Below, in pieces: positions 1-11,549 of a stretch of DNA of 64,000 nt. Below the pieces are notes generated by a model. That model searched no databases. It worked only from the letters and a program-made list of their open reading frames with translations, and was not told the DNA's origin. Source of the DNA: an uncultured SAR86 cluster bacterium (lineage in GTDB: Bacteria > Pseudomonadota > Gammaproteobacteria > Magnimaribacterales > D2472); NCBI GenBank assembly GCA_902558095.1, contig CACECP010000003.1, positions 80,308 to 144,307 on the forward strand. Direction: 5' to 3'. The translations under genes and the position numbers were made by a program. Positions within the stretch are counted from its first letter, which is position 1. Each line of letters opens with the position of its first letter.

Positions 1-1322
<1,322 letters not shown>

Positions 1323-1343
1323 TTATCTCCCTATATAAATTAT

Positions 1344-1631
1344 TTATTCAACAACACCAAAAATATCTTTTTCACTTAGAATAAGATAGTCTTCACCGTT
1401 AACTTTTATTTCATTTCCGCCATACTGACCAAAAATCACTGTATCACCAACAGATACATTCATAGATGATACGTTGCCTGATTCTGATACTTTTCCAGGC
1501 CCAACTGCTACTACTTCACCTTGTGAAGGTTTTTCCTTAGCAGAGCCTGAAAGAATAATACCCCCAGACGAGGTTTCCTCTTCTTCAGTTCTTTTAACAA
1601 GAACATTGTCATGTAAAGGTCTTAATTTCAT
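1344..1631 (-). CDS. groES: Co-chaperonin GroES
   Basis: MKLRPLHDNVLVKR...SGGIIL...GEVVAVGPG signature. Confidence 0.98.
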   Translation of the reverse strand: MKLRPLHDNVLVKRTEEEETSSGGIILSGSAKEKPSQGEVVAVGPGKVSESGNVSSMNVSVGDTVIFGQYGGNEIKVNGEDYLILSEKDIFGVVE

Positions 1632-1675
1632 TTATCTCTCCATATAAATAACTAAAATTTTTCTTAAAAAGTAAT

Positions 1676-1699
1676 TATGGGCTAAAAAATATAAATCAA
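1676..1699 (-). promoter_or_regulatory. Possible sigma32 (heat-shock) promoter of groESL
   Basis: Minus strand TTGAT-N12-GCCCATAA resembles TTGAA-N13/14-CCCCATNT; imperfect match, but expected position. Confidence 0.4.
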
Positions 1700-2043
1700 T
1701 AGCTTATATTATTTTTTATTTTAAAAATTAAAAGCGCAATTGTAACCCCAATAAGATTGGCAAGTAAGTCTAAATATTCAAAAAATCTATATGGGTGATA
1801 GTAATGAATAATTTCTATTATTAGTCCAAATATAAAAATTAAAACAATAATCATTGTTCTCGATATGTTAAACCTGCACAACAAACCTGTATATGCTAGA
1901 TAAAAATATATTAAAGCATGAACTAATTTATCTGATAAGAAAGATAAAGATGCAAAATTAGGTATTTCAAAAGACGGAACAATACTTAAATACAGCACCC
2001 CAAAAAGTGAAGCAAAAAATATAGGCCTCATTAAATGTATCAT
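1696..2043 (-). CDS. VanZ-like family membrane protein
   Basis: DKLVHALIYFYL, GLIIEIIH, DLLANLIG motifs typical of VanZ-like proteins. Confidence 0.8.
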   Translation of the reverse strand: MIHLMRPIFFASLFGVLYLSIVPSFEIPNFASLSFLSDKLVHALIYFYLAYTGLLCRFNISRTMIIVLIFIFGLIIEIIHYYHPYRFFEYLDLLANLIGVTIALLIFKIKNNISY

Positions 2044-2046
2044 GCT

Positions 2047-3405
2047 TTAAACTTTATATTTCTTTGAATAAAACAATAAAAGTAAAATAGAAGGTATTGT
2101 CATTAATGAGGTACAGACATAAAACAACATCCATGAGCTATCATTAACTCTCTCAATAATTGCCAGTGCTGAAACAACAACTGATTGAATAGTTACTGAA
2201 TTCATTTCAAATGATTGATTAATATTGTTCAAAATATTTGAATCATTAAAAATATACTTTCTAAAGCCTTCTATTACAACGCCTGAGAAACCAGATAATA
2301 TCTTACCTACTAACGTCATGATTGATGTTAATAATGCATATTGCACTGCAGTGTATTTCTTAGATACTAAGCTTGTTAAAAAAGTTATATTAATAGTACC
2401 AACAACGCCAGCAGCAATACTATCTAATGCGACAATACTCGATAAAGTTAAAAGGTTCTTCTCGGAGATTGCGATGTAGGCAAAAAAGATATTGGTAAAC
2501 ATCACCAAAAATGCACCAATTAAAAGAGCGTTATATATATTGAATCTTTTTAAAAGAAAAGTACCTAAATAAAATCCAAAGATTGCAGCCGCCAAAGCAA
2601 CAAATTTTACTACTAAAGCTATTTCATCTAGAGTAAATCCCATTTTTACATAAAAAACATTAGTGATTTGTCCAGTTACAATGTCTGTCAATCTGTATGT
2701 AGCAATAATTAGAAAAAGTATTGATATGGCATAAATTCCAAACCTTTTATAAAAATCTTTAAGCGGATTTATCAAAGAATTAATCAAATTTGAACTTACA
2801 AGTTTAATATTCTTTTTCTCTTGAACTACAAAACAACCAAGAATTCCAAATACCATCATGAATGCCATCAACTGATATACAAATTCCCAACTTGTTCTTG
2901 AAGCAATAACCAATGCACCAGAGGTTGCCAGCAAGATTGCAATTCTATAACCGAGTTGATAGCCGGCAGCTAATTTCCCCTGTTCTTCTATTTTGGATAA
3001 CTCTATTCTGAAAGCATCAACAGCGATATCATTGAACGATCCACATAAAGCAATTAAAAATGCAAAAAATGCAAATAAATTTAGATTTTCTTTTGGATTT
3101 ATTAACGATAACATTAGGAGACCAAAAATAATTATTAATTGCATTAAGATAATCCAGCTTTTTCTTTTTCCATATTTGTTTAATATGGGTATTGAAAAAT
3201 TATCAATTAAAGGTGCCCAAAAAACTTTTAGCGAATAAGTTAAAACTACCCAAGCAAAGAAACCTATTGTCTTAATATCAACATTAATAAATGCTAGCCA
3301 AGTTGCTAGAGTAGAAAAAATTAACATATATGGAAGGCCAGAAGCAAAGCCTAACAAGGTTATGCTCAAATATTTTTTATATGGTTTATTTAATGCAGTA
3401 CTCAT
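2047..3405 (-). CDS. ampG: AmpG-family muropeptide MFS permease
   Basis: LGFASGLPY, KVFWAPLID, DIAVDAFRIE, GYQLGYRIA motifs; next to ampD. Confidence 0.88.
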   Translation of the reverse strand: MSTALNKPYKKYLSITLLGFASGLPYMLIFSTLATWLAFINVDIKTIGFFAWVVLTYSLKVFWAPLIDNFSIPILNKYGKRKSWIILMQLIIIFGLLMLSLINPKENLNLFAFFAFLIALCGSFNDIAVDAFRIELSKIEEQGKLAAGYQLGYRIAILLATSGALVIASRTSWEFVYQLMAFMMVFGILGCFVVQEKKNIKLVSSNLINSLINPLKDFYKRFGIYAISILFLIIATYRLTDIVTGQITNVFYVKMGFTLDEIALVVKFVALAAAIFGFYLGTFLLKRFNIYNALLIGAFLVMFTNIFFAYIAISEKNLLTLSSIVALDSIAAGVVGTINITFLTSLVSKKYTAVQYALLTSIMTLVGKILSGFSGVVIEGFRKYIFNDSNILNNINQSFEMNSVTIQSVVVSALAIIERVNDSSWMLFYVCTSLMTIPSILLLLFYSKKYKV

Positions 3406-3941
3406 AATGATTCAAGATATCTATTCCATTCAAAAAATCTTCCTGGATCAGTTTTTCTTCCTGGTGATATATCTGAATGACCTATAATATTTTCCTTGTT
3501 TGTTGAAGGATATCTTTCAATAATTGCCTTAGTTGCAATTATTAATGAACTATATTGCTCTTTTGAAAAAAAATCATCTTCTGATCCTTCAAGTTCGATG
3601 CCAATTGAATAATCATTGCAATCTGGAACTCCTCTAAAGATTGACTTTCCTGCATGCCATGCTCTTTTATTAAAAGGAACAAACTGAATTATTTCGCCAT
3701 CTCGTTTTACGTAAAGATGAGAGGACACCTTAAGATCCTTGATACTCTCAAAATATTTATTATCTGAATTACGAAGTTTATTTAAAAAAAATTTTTCTAC
3801 GTAATTACCGCCATATTTTTTTGGAGGTAAACTTATGCAATGAATAACAATTAAGCTGATGTTTTCTTCATTTGGTCTTTCGTTAAAATTTGGAGATTTT
3901 AGAAATTTTATATTCTTAAAAAGATGGTCTTCTATATCCAT
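3402..3941 (-). CDS. ampD: 1,6-anhydro-N-acetylmuramyl-L-alanine amidase AmpD
   Basis: SPNFNERP, VIHCISLPP, RAWHAG, GIELEG, GHSDISPGRKTDPG. Confidence 0.95.
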   Translation of the reverse strand: MDIEDHLFKNIKFLKSPNFNERPNEENISLIVIHCISLPPKKYGGNYVEKFFLNKLRNSDNKYFESIKDLKVSSHLYVKRDGEIIQFVPFNKRAWHAGKSIFRGVPDCNDYSIGIELEGSEDDFFSKEQYSSLIIATKAIIERYPSTNKENIIGHSDISPGRKTDPGRFFEWNRYLESL

Positions 3942-4880
3942 TTATCTTAATTCTGCAGGGAGTTTAAAGTAAATATTTTCTTTATCTTCTCCATGTTCCA
4001 TTATTTTTGCACCAATATGGGCTTCAAGAGATTTTGCAATTTCAACAACTCTTGATTCAGGAGCAGATGCTCCTGCTGTAATCGAAATATTTGAACATGA
4101 CGAAAGCTCTTCAAGATCCAAATCAGCAAATTCATCTATTAAGGCAGACTTACATCCACAATTTTCAGCTAATTCTTTTAATCGATTTGAGTTTGAGCTA
4201 TTTTTTGAACCAACAACAATAATATAATCAGATTCTAAAGCCAATTGTTTAACAGCATCTTGTCTATTTTGTGTTGCATAACAAATGTCATCTTTTTTAG
4301 GAAGATTAATATTAGGAAATTTGCTTTTTAAAATATCAATAATAGCTACGGTCTCATCAACACTTAAAGTGGTCTGTGTTACCAATGCTATTTCTCTTGT
4401 GTTTTCAATTTGCAAATTTCTAGCATCTTTTTCATCCTGAACTAAATATATATTGCTGTTTTTTGAATTAACATGTCGCCCCATAGTACCTTCCACTTCT
4501 GGATGACCCTCATGACCAATTAATATAATGTCTCTATTGGCTTTTGCATGTTTGATGACTTCCATATGGACTTTTGTTACCAGAGGACAAGTTGCATCAA
4601 AATAATTTAAATTTCTAGATTTTGTAGTTTCTTCAACTTCACTTGAAACACCATGAGCACTAAATATTACAAGAGAGTTATCAGGTATTTCATCAATGTT
4701 TTCAACAAAAATTGCCCCTTTCTTTTTTAAATCATTTACAACAACTTTATTATGGACAACTTCATGTTTTACATATACTGGTGCTCCGTAAATATCTAAT
4801 GCTTTATTAACAATATCTATTGCTCTATCAACGCCAGCACAAAAACCTCTTGGATTAGCTAGTTTTATCTCTTTGTTCAT
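3942..4880 (-). CDS. ispH: 4-hydroxy-3-methylbut-2-enyl diphosphate reductase
   Basis: LANPRGFCAGVDRAI, DATCPLVTKVH, DICYATQNRQ, SSNS. Confidence 0.97.
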   Translation of the reverse strand: MNKEIKLANPRGFCAGVDRAIDIVNKALDIYGAPVYVKHEVVHNKVVVNDLKKKGAIFVENIDEIPDNSLVIFSAHGVSSEVEETTKSRNLNYFDATCPLVTKVHMEVIKHAKANRDIILIGHEGHPEVEGTMGRHVNSKNSNIYLVQDEKDARNLQIENTREIALVTQTTLSVDETVAIIDILKSKFPNINLPKKDDICYATQNRQDAVKQLALESDYIIVVGSKNSSNSNRLKELAENCGCKSALIDEFADLDLEELSSCSNISITAGASAPESRVVEIAKSLEAHIGAKIMEHGEDKENIYFKLPAELR

Positions 4881-5370
4881 CTTTTATCTTATAAATAATT
4901 TCAAAGTATATAATTAAAATTGCACCTATTGTTATAAATAAATCTGCTAAATTAAAAACAAAAAATGAAAAATTCATTATTTCTAAATGCAAAAAGTCTG
5001 TAACTTGTCCATCATTTATTCGATCAAGTATGTTTCCTAAAGCGCCACCAGTTATAAAAGACAGCGCAATCTTTTTTTTAAAATTTTCTTCTTTATAAAT
5101 TAACCATACAAGATAAATACTTATCAAAAGAGTTAATATTAATAAAGCATAGGACACATAAATTCCTTCATCGTCTAACATGCCAAAAGCAATTCCAGAG
5201 TTATAAATTAATAAAAGATCTATGAATGGAAAAAATGTTTCATTTAATTGTCCCTGTTCAAGATTATTCAAAGCCAGTTCTTTTGAAGAAAAATCTAGAA
5301 CTATAAGAAATATAATAAATAAAATAATTTTAATTTTAGACAAAACTTCTTTGTTCACCCTCTTCATCAA
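4855..5370 (-). CDS. lspA: Lipoprotein signal peptidase II (start uncertain)
   Basis: YNSGIAFG, GGALGNILDR, VTDF, FNLAD motifs; ileS-lspA order. Confidence 0.93.
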   Translation of the reverse strand: MMKRVNKEVLSKIKIILFIIFLIVLDFSSKELALNNLEQGQLNETFFPFIDLLLIYNSGIAFGMLDDEGIYVSYALLILTLLISIYLVWLIYKEENFKKKIALSFITGGALGNILDRINDGQVTDFLHLEIMNFSFFVFNLADLFITIGAILIIYFEIIYKIKDEQRDKTS

Positions 5371-8107
5371 TATTAGTAATACATCTGTGACAAATTTCTT
5401 TATGAATACTGCTCTTTCCTACTGAAATGTCTCTATGCCAACACCGAGTGCATTTGTCATGTTCTGAATTTGTAATAACAATATTTAAAGAAGATTCTTT
5501 TTTTATATTTGCTTCTGAACATATAAAAAGAAAATGAAGTTCATTACCTAATTTTTCTAAAATTTTAAAATCTTCATCATTTGCTCCAATATTTACAATC
5601 GCATCAAGTGATCCTTTAAGTTTATTATCATTTCTAAGTTTTTCTATGGATTGATTAACAGAATCTTTTATTTCAAAAAGCCTTTTCCATTCATCGGAAT
5701 CAATCTTTGAATTGCTATTATTGTTGTTACTAAGATAATTTGAGAGGAATACTGACTCCTCTTGATTAATAAGATCTGAACACGATTGCCATATTTCTTC
5801 AGCAGTATATGAAAGAATTGGTGCTATTAGTCTAATTAAAATATTTAATAATTCTTCTAAGCTTGTTTGGCATGACCTTCTTGCCAATGAATCAGTTTTA
5901 CATGTATATAATCTATCTTTAACGATATCTAAGTAAATGCCTCCAAGCTCATTTACGCAGAAATTATGAATGTTTTGAACAACTTTATGATATGAATATG
6001 AGTTATATAAATCCAATACTTTTTCTTGAAGTTTGCTTGCTTCAATAATTATCCATTTATCTAACTCGACTCGATTTTCGAAATCAATTTTATTTTTAGT
6101 AGAAAAATCATTTATATTTCCAAGAATAAATCTAAAAGTATTTCGTATTCTTCTATATTGATCAGATGCTTGTTTTAGAATTTCATCTGAAGCGACCATC
6201 TCACTCCTAAAATCAGTAGATGCAACCCATAATCTTAATATGTCTGCGCCTAAGTTGTCCCAAACCTTCTGAGGTGAAACAACATTACCCAGTGATTTTG
6301 ATTGTTTTCTTCCATTCTCATCAACTACAAATCCGTGAGTTAATACTGACTTATATGGCGCATCTCCATTTATAGCAATACTAGTTAATAAAGATGACTG
6401 GAACCACCCCCTGTGCTGATCCGATCCTTCTAAATATAGATCAGCTACAATGTCTTCATCAAAATGCTTTGAGGATACTGCATAATGAGTTACACCTGAG
6501 TCAAACCAAACATCTAAAGAATCCTTAATTTTTATGTAATTATCAGCATCGGATATAAAATCTTTTAGATCTAATTTGTCCCAAATTGAGATGCCATTCT
6601 TTTCAATTTCATTTGCAAATAAGTGAAATAGTTTTGATTGATCTGGATGAATTTCACCAGTTTCTTTATGAACAACCAGGGTTATTGGAACTCCCCAGTT
6701 CCTTTGTCTTGAAATACACCAGTCAGGTCTATCTTCTAACATGGATTCAATCCTTTGAAGCCCCCATGAAGGTTCCCAGCTTACAGTGTCAATTGTTTTT
6801 TTTGCATCATTTAGTAAATTATTTTTATCCATTGAAATGAACCATTGAGGAGTAGAGGTAAAAATAAGTGGAGTTTTATGTCTCCAACAATGAGGATATG
6901 AATGGCTATATTCCTCAAGACTGACAAGAGAATTTGTTTCTTTTAATTTTTCTATAACTAATGGATCTGCTTTCACAGCAGGCAAACCTTTCAAAAAATC
7001 AATTTCATCTTTAAAAAGCCCTAAGCTATTCATCGCTTTTATTGGCCTAATATTATTTTTCTTACATATTAGATGATCATCAACGCCGTGAGCAGGTGCA
7101 GTATGCACGCATCCTGTTCCAGTCTCTGTCGTGACATGATCACCATGAAGTAATACTGATTTTCTATCTAAAAAAGGATGTAGGAGTTGAATATCTGAAA
7201 TTAATTTACCAGGTACCTTGGATATTTCTGTGCCAACCTTTCCCCATCTTTCCATGCATTCATCAATCATTTCAGAAGCAATAACTACGTGCGTATCATC
7301 AACATTTATCAATGAATAATCTAACTCTGCATTAATACAAACCGCAACATTTGATGGGATAGTCCATGGTGTGGTCGTCCAAATTACAAAAGAAATTGAT
7401 TCTGGTTTATTTGTATTAAAAATATCTTTCAACTTGGATATTGATTCTTTGTCAGCTTCAAATGAAACATCAATAGATTTTGAAGTTTTATCCTTATACT
7501 CAACTTCTGCTTCAGCCAAAGCAGAACCACAGTCCTGACACCAATGAACTGGTTTTTCACCTTTTTCAATGTGTCCAGCATCATAGATCTTTCCTAATGC
7601 CCTTACAACATCTGCCTCAAAATTTGAATCAAGGGATTTATATGGATTGTCCCAATCACCTAATATTCCTAGTCTTTTAAAATCATTTAATTGATTATTT
7701 ATTTGTGATTCTGCATATTCTTTGCAGGCATTTTGAAAAGTTTCTTTATTCTTAACTAAATCGCTATTTTTACCATGCTTCTTTTCAACATTTAACTCAA
7801 TCGGTAGTCCATGACAGTCCCAACCAGGAATGAATGGTGCGTTTAAGCCCTGAAGTGTCTTATTCTTGATAGTTATATCTTTTAAAACTTTGTTTACTGA
7901 ATGACCAAGATGGATTGATCCATTGGCATACGGAGGCCCATCATGAAGTAAAAACAATTTTCTATCTTCGTATTTTTGTCTAATTTTTTTGTAAAGATTT
8001 TTTTTCTCCCATAAATCAAGAATTTCAGGCTCCTTTTTTGGTAAACCAGCTTTCATTGAAAAATCTGTTTCAGGTAGATTTAATGTATCTCTATAATTAA
8101 TAGTCAT
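5336..8107 (-). CDS. ileS: Isoleucine--tRNA ligase (type 1)
   Basis: LHDGPPYANGSIHLGH, GWDCHGLPIE, WCISRQR, EGSDQHRGWFQSS, C-terminal Zn finger CTRC..CHRC. Confidence 0.98.
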   Translation of the reverse strand: MTINYRDTLNLPETDFSMKAGLPKKEPEILDLWEKKNLYKKIRQKYEDRKLFLLHDGPPYANGSIHLGHSVNKVLKDITIKNKTLQGLNAPFIPGWDCHGLPIELNVEKKHGKNSDLVKNKETFQNACKEYAESQINNQLNDFKRLGILGDWDNPYKSLDSNFEADVVRALGKIYDAGHIEKGEKPVHWCQDCGSALAEAEVEYKDKTSKSIDVSFEADKESISKLKDIFNTNKPESISFVIWTTTPWTIPSNVAVCINAELDYSLINVDDTHVVIASEMIDECMERWGKVGTEISKVPGKLISDIQLLHPFLDRKSVLLHGDHVTTETGTGCVHTAPAHGVDDHLICKKNNIRPIKAMNSLGLFKDEIDFLKGLPAVKADPLVIEKLKETNSLVSLEEYSHSYPHCWRHKTPLIFTSTPQWFISMDKNNLLNDAKKTIDTVSWEPSWGLQRIESMLEDRPDWCISRQRNWGVPITLVVHKETGEIHPDQSKLFHLFANEIEKNGISIWDKLDLKDFISDADNYIKIKDSLDVWFDSGVTHYAVSSKHFDEDIVADLYLEGSDQHRGWFQSSLLTSIAINGDAPYKSVLTHGFVVDENGRKQSKSLGNVVSPQKVWDNLGADILRLWVASTDFRSEMVASDEILKQASDQYRRIRNTFRFILGNINDFSTKNKIDFENRVELDKWIIIEASKLQEKVLDLYNSYSYHKVVQNIHNFCVNELGGIYLDIVKDRLYTCKTDSLARRSCQTSLEELLNILIRLIAPILSYTAEEIWQSCSDLINQEESVFLSNYLSNNNNSNSKIDSDEWKRLFEIKDSVNQSIEKLRNDNKLKGSLDAIVNIGANDEDFKILEKLGNELHFLFICSEANIKKESSLNIVITNSEHDKCTRCWHRDISVGKSSIHKEICHRCITNIDEEGEQRSFV

Positions 8108-9059
8108 TTGAATTATTTAAAAATTTTTTAGCAATTAAGATATCCTGTTGAATTTGCAATTTTAACATGTCTAAATTATCAAATTTCTTTTCATCTCTTA
8201 TTTTTTTTATAAATTTAATTGTTACTCTCTGAGAGTAGATATCATCATTAAAATCAAATAAATGAACCTCTAGAACAGGGTGTTTTCCACCAACAGTCGG
8301 CCTTAAACCCATATTAGCTATTCCTTTGAAATCATTATTTTCAAGACTGCACTCAACTGCATAAACTCCTTTTATAGGAAGCTTTTGTTTTGGTAGCCAT
8401 AAATTTGCAGTTGGTACATCAATTGTTCTACCTAAATGTTGGCCGTGTACAACTTTGCCAGAGAAAGTATATGGCCTACCAAGAAGTTCTTCTGCAAGCT
8501 TAAAATCATCATTTGCAAGTGCTTTCCTTATTCTAGTACTACTTACACGCTCACCTTTGTAAATTATTGTATCTGTATTTTCAACTAGGATCTTTTTTTC
8601 TTTTCCCCATTCTCTCAATTGATTTGTATCTCCTGCTCTATTAGTACCAAATCTGAAGTCATCTCCAACAGTAAAGCTAGCAAGGTTTATCGAATCCAAT
8701 ATTTCAGAAATAAAAACTTCTGGTGACATATTTCTAAGTGAGTTATTAAATTTAAGGAAAAAAGCAAAATCAATACCATTTTTATTTAACTGATTGAACT
8801 TTTCTCTCCATGAACAGATTCTGGGAGGAATCTTATTTTTGATATTGTTTTTTGTTGCAAAATATTCTGAAGCGTGTGGTTCAGTAAAGAATACAATTGT
8901 TTTAGAGTTGAATATTTTTGAATTATCTTTTATTTTTTTTATGACAGCTTGGTGGCCTAAATGTAATCCATCAAAATTTCCAATAGTTCCAGAAAGTTTC
9001 ACATCTTTAAATCTTAATTTAAATAAATCAAGATTTTGTTGTCCTCTAATTAAATACAT
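8097..9059 (-). CDS. ribF: Riboflavin kinase / FAD synthetase
   Basis: IGNFDGLHLGHQ, GDDFRFG, VSSTRIR, PTAN, EVHLFDF. Confidence 0.96.
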   Translation of the reverse strand: MYLIRGQQNLDLFKLRFKDVKLSGTIGNFDGLHLGHQAVIKKIKDNSKIFNSKTIVFFTEPHASEYFATKNNIKNKIPPRICSWREKFNQLNKNGIDFAFFLKFNNSLRNMSPEVFISEILDSINLASFTVGDDFRFGTNRAGDTNQLREWGKEKKILVENTDTIIYKGERVSSTRIRKALANDDFKLAEELLGRPYTFSGKVVHGQHLGRTIDVPTANLWLPKQKLPIKGVYAVECSLENNDFKGIANMGLRPTVGGKHPVLEVHLFDFNDDIYSQRVTIKFIKKIRDEKKFDNLDMLKLQIQQDILIAKKFLNNSNDY

Positions 9060-9060
9060 A

Positions 9061-10626
9061 TCAATCTAATATTTCCTTAAGTGGCTGTTTATATATAAAT
9101 CTAGCAACAGAAAAATATACGATTATTGAGATTATTATTTCAGCTAATAGATAAAGTATTCTTTCTATTTGACTTAATTCTATAAAGTTAACCCATGAGG
9201 TAAAGAAATATAGAAAGATAATAAGAGATGTACTTGATAGTAAAACCATACAATTAAATCTGTTAAATATACTTTTAATCTCTATAAAACCATCTTTATA
9301 CAAAATTATTTCAAGAATAAAGACGCTTATTAATGCAGATATTGAACTCCCAATAGCTATTCCGACATGACCAAAACCATAAACAAAAGCTAAAATATAA
9401 TTTAAAGCAGCATTCAACAACAAGGATAAAATTGCAACATACATAGGTGTTTTTGTATTTTTTTGTGCAAAAAATGCTGGAGTCAGAACCTTCATAAGCA
9501 TGAAGAATGGAAGCCCAATAGAAAATGCTATTAAGCTATAGGAAGATTTAAAAACATCTAATTGAGTGAACTCTCCCCTATAAAAGATTGCACTAATTAT
9601 ATCTTCAGCACAAAACATCAAACCTATTAGAGAAGGAATACCGATAAACAAAACAAATCTTTGTCCCTTTTGTAAGGTATTAATAAAAATTTTTCTCTCA
9701 CTAATCACATCTAATTTAGATAATGTTGGTAAAAGAACTGTTCCGATACCAATTGCAAATATCCCCATCGGAAACTGAACAAGCCTATCAGAAACATATA
9801 ACCAAGTTGGGCTTCCTGTTTCAAGCAATGATGCGAAAATAGTATCTATCAACAAATTAATTTGTATTATGCCTCCAGCTAAAATTGCTGGAAAAATTAC
9901 AATAAAAAACTTTTTAACTCCCTCATTCTTAAAATTTAATTTTGGTACAGGCAATCTATTTATGCTTCTTAGGGGCGCTATTTGTATTAATAGTTGTACA
10001 AAACCAGCAAGTAATACCCCCCAAGCTAGTACAAAAATTTCAATTTCATATTTTGGGGCAATAAATACAGCTGCAATAATTAAAGATAAATTAAAAACTA
10101 CTGGAGTAAATGCTGGAATTGAAAATTTTTGATGAGTGTTTTGAATTCCACCAGCGAAAGCTACTAATGAAATCAATGCTAAATACGGAAACATTATTCT
10201 TAAAACTTTTACAGATATATCTTGTTTGATTGGATCAAAATAGAAACCTGGAGCAAACAAAAAGATAAAAATTGGTGCAAAAACTAAAACCAATAATGTG
10301 AAAACAAATAAGCAAAGCAACAATGTACCTGCGATAGAATTTAAAAACTCATTTGTTTTAAAATGGTTATTTTCTTTTTCATACTCTGCATATATTGGAA
10401 CAAAAGCTTGATTGAAAGCTCCTTCAGCAAAAAAACGTCTAAATAAATTTGGAATTCTCAAGCAAATTACAAAAATATCATGAAGAAATGATGCTCCAAG
10501 TAGATTGGTTGTAAAGACATCTCTTAACAGCCCAAAGAATCTTGAAAAACTTGTGCCAGTAATAACTTTCTTCAAATTACTAAGAATGTTAAGAGGTCTA
10601 CCCCGATTATTATGTATCTTGTTCAA
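9061..10626 (-). CDS. murJ: Lipid II flippase MurJ (start uncertain)
   Basis: [39 protein letters not shown]; murJ-ribF-ileS synteny. Confidence 0.95.
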   Translation of the reverse strand: MNKIHNNRGRPLNILSNLKKVITGTSFSRFFGLLRDVFTTNLLGASFLHDIFVICLRIPNLFRRFFAEGAFNQAFVPIYAEYEKENNHFKTNEFLNSIAGTLLLCLFVFTLLVLVFAPIFIFLFAPGFYFDPIKQDISVKVLRIMFPYLALISLVAFAGGIQNTHQKFSIPAFTPVVFNLSLIIAAVFIAPKYEIEIFVLAWGVLLAGFVQLLIQIAPLRSINRLPVPKLNFKNEGVKKFFIVIFPAILAGGIIQINLLIDTIFASLLETGSPTWLYVSDRLVQFPMGIFAIGIGTVLLPTLSKLDVISERKIFINTLQKGQRFVLFIGIPSLIGLMFCAEDIISAIFYRGEFTQLDVFKSSYSLIAFSIGLPFFMLMKVLTPAFFAQKNTKTPMYVAILSLLLNAALNYILAFVYGFGHVGIAIGSSISALISVFILEIILYKDGFIEIKSIFNRFNCMVLLSSTSLIIFLYFFTSWVNFIELSQIERILYLLAEIIISIIVYFSVARFIYKQPLKEILD

Positions 10627-11005
10627 AATCTAAGGATGCCGAATTTATGCAATATCTTAGTCCGGTAGGCATTGGACCATCATTAAATACATGACCTAGA
10701 TGTGCATCACATTTTGCGCACTTAACCTCTATTCTTTTCATACCAAATGAATTGTCCTCAAATTCGTTAATAAAATTTTCATCTTTAGGCAAGAAAAAAC
10801 TTGGCCAACCACAACCTGAATCAAATTTAGTATCTGACTGAAATAACTCTTGACCGCAACAGATACATTTATAATTTCCTTGACCCTTGAAGTCCCAATA
10901 TTTTCCAGTATAAGGTCTTTCCGTTCCAGATTGTCTAGTAACTCTATAACTCTCATCATTAAGCAAAGTTTTCCACTCATCATCAGTTTTGACAATTTTT
11001 GACAT
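10610..11005 (-). CDS. msrB: Peptide-methionine (R)-S-oxide reductase
   Basis: [38 protein letters not shown]. Confidence 0.97.
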   Translation of the reverse strand: MSKIVKTDDEWKTLLNDESYRVTRQSGTERPYTGKYWDFKGQGNYKCICCGQELFQSDTKFDSGCGWPSFFLPKDENFINEFEDNSFGMKRIEVKCAKCDAHLGHVFNDGPMPTGLRYCINSASLDFEQDT

Positions 11006-11047
11006 GTACTAATTGTAAATAAAAAGAAGTTATATAGGTAGGTATTA

Positions 11048-11437
11048 TTAAACGGCTTTTGAATTGATATAAATATTATCTGTGTATGTAAAAAAATCAT
11101 TAAGAAGATTTTCAGTTGGCTTATAGATCCTTCTTCTCTTATCAACTTGAGAGCTAGTTTCGCTTATATAATTAAGCTTAACTGCCTGTTTAAGAACTTG
11201 TAAACGTTTTATTCTGGATGCATATTTTTTTGGGACAAGAGAAATAGCATATTCTTGAGATATTTCATTCCCTTCTAAATATTCCCACATAAAACTCATT
11301 AAAAAATAAAATCTATAGGTATCTGCATGAAAAAAATTTAGGAAATCTGGATTTTTTGGGTTATCAATGACTTGAGTAAGAACGTTTTTAATTAATTTTC
11401 TTGCTCTATAAATAGATCTGTTATTATCTTTGTCCAC
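11048..11437 (-). CDS. Hypothetical protein, probable MarR-like winged-helix DNA-binding protein
   Basis: 129 aa, GTG start with GAGG upstream; helix ASRIKRLQVLKQAVKLNYI followed by wing-like DKRRRIYKPT. Confidence 0.6.
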   Translation of the reverse strand: MDKDNNRSIYRARKLIKNVLTQVIDNPKNPDFLNFFHADTYRFYFLMSFMWEYLEGNEISQEYAISLVPKKYASRIKRLQVLKQAVKLNYISETSSQVDKRRRIYKPTENLLNDFFTYTDNIYINSKAV

Positions 11438-11475
11438 ACTTGCCTCATTTTATTAAAGTCGCATACCTTATTTAA

Positions 11476-11492
11476 TGCAATTTGTGTGCCAA
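11476..11492 (-). promoter_or_regulatory. Sigma54 (-24/-12) promoter
   Basis: Minus strand TTGGCAC-ACAAA-TTGCA is an exact match to TGGCAC-N5-TTGC(A/T), 38 nt upstream of the GTG at 11437. Confidence 0.75.
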
Positions 11493-11549
11493 ATTATTAA
11501 TAAATAATATATATAAATAATATAAATGATAATAACATTTATCTAATAA

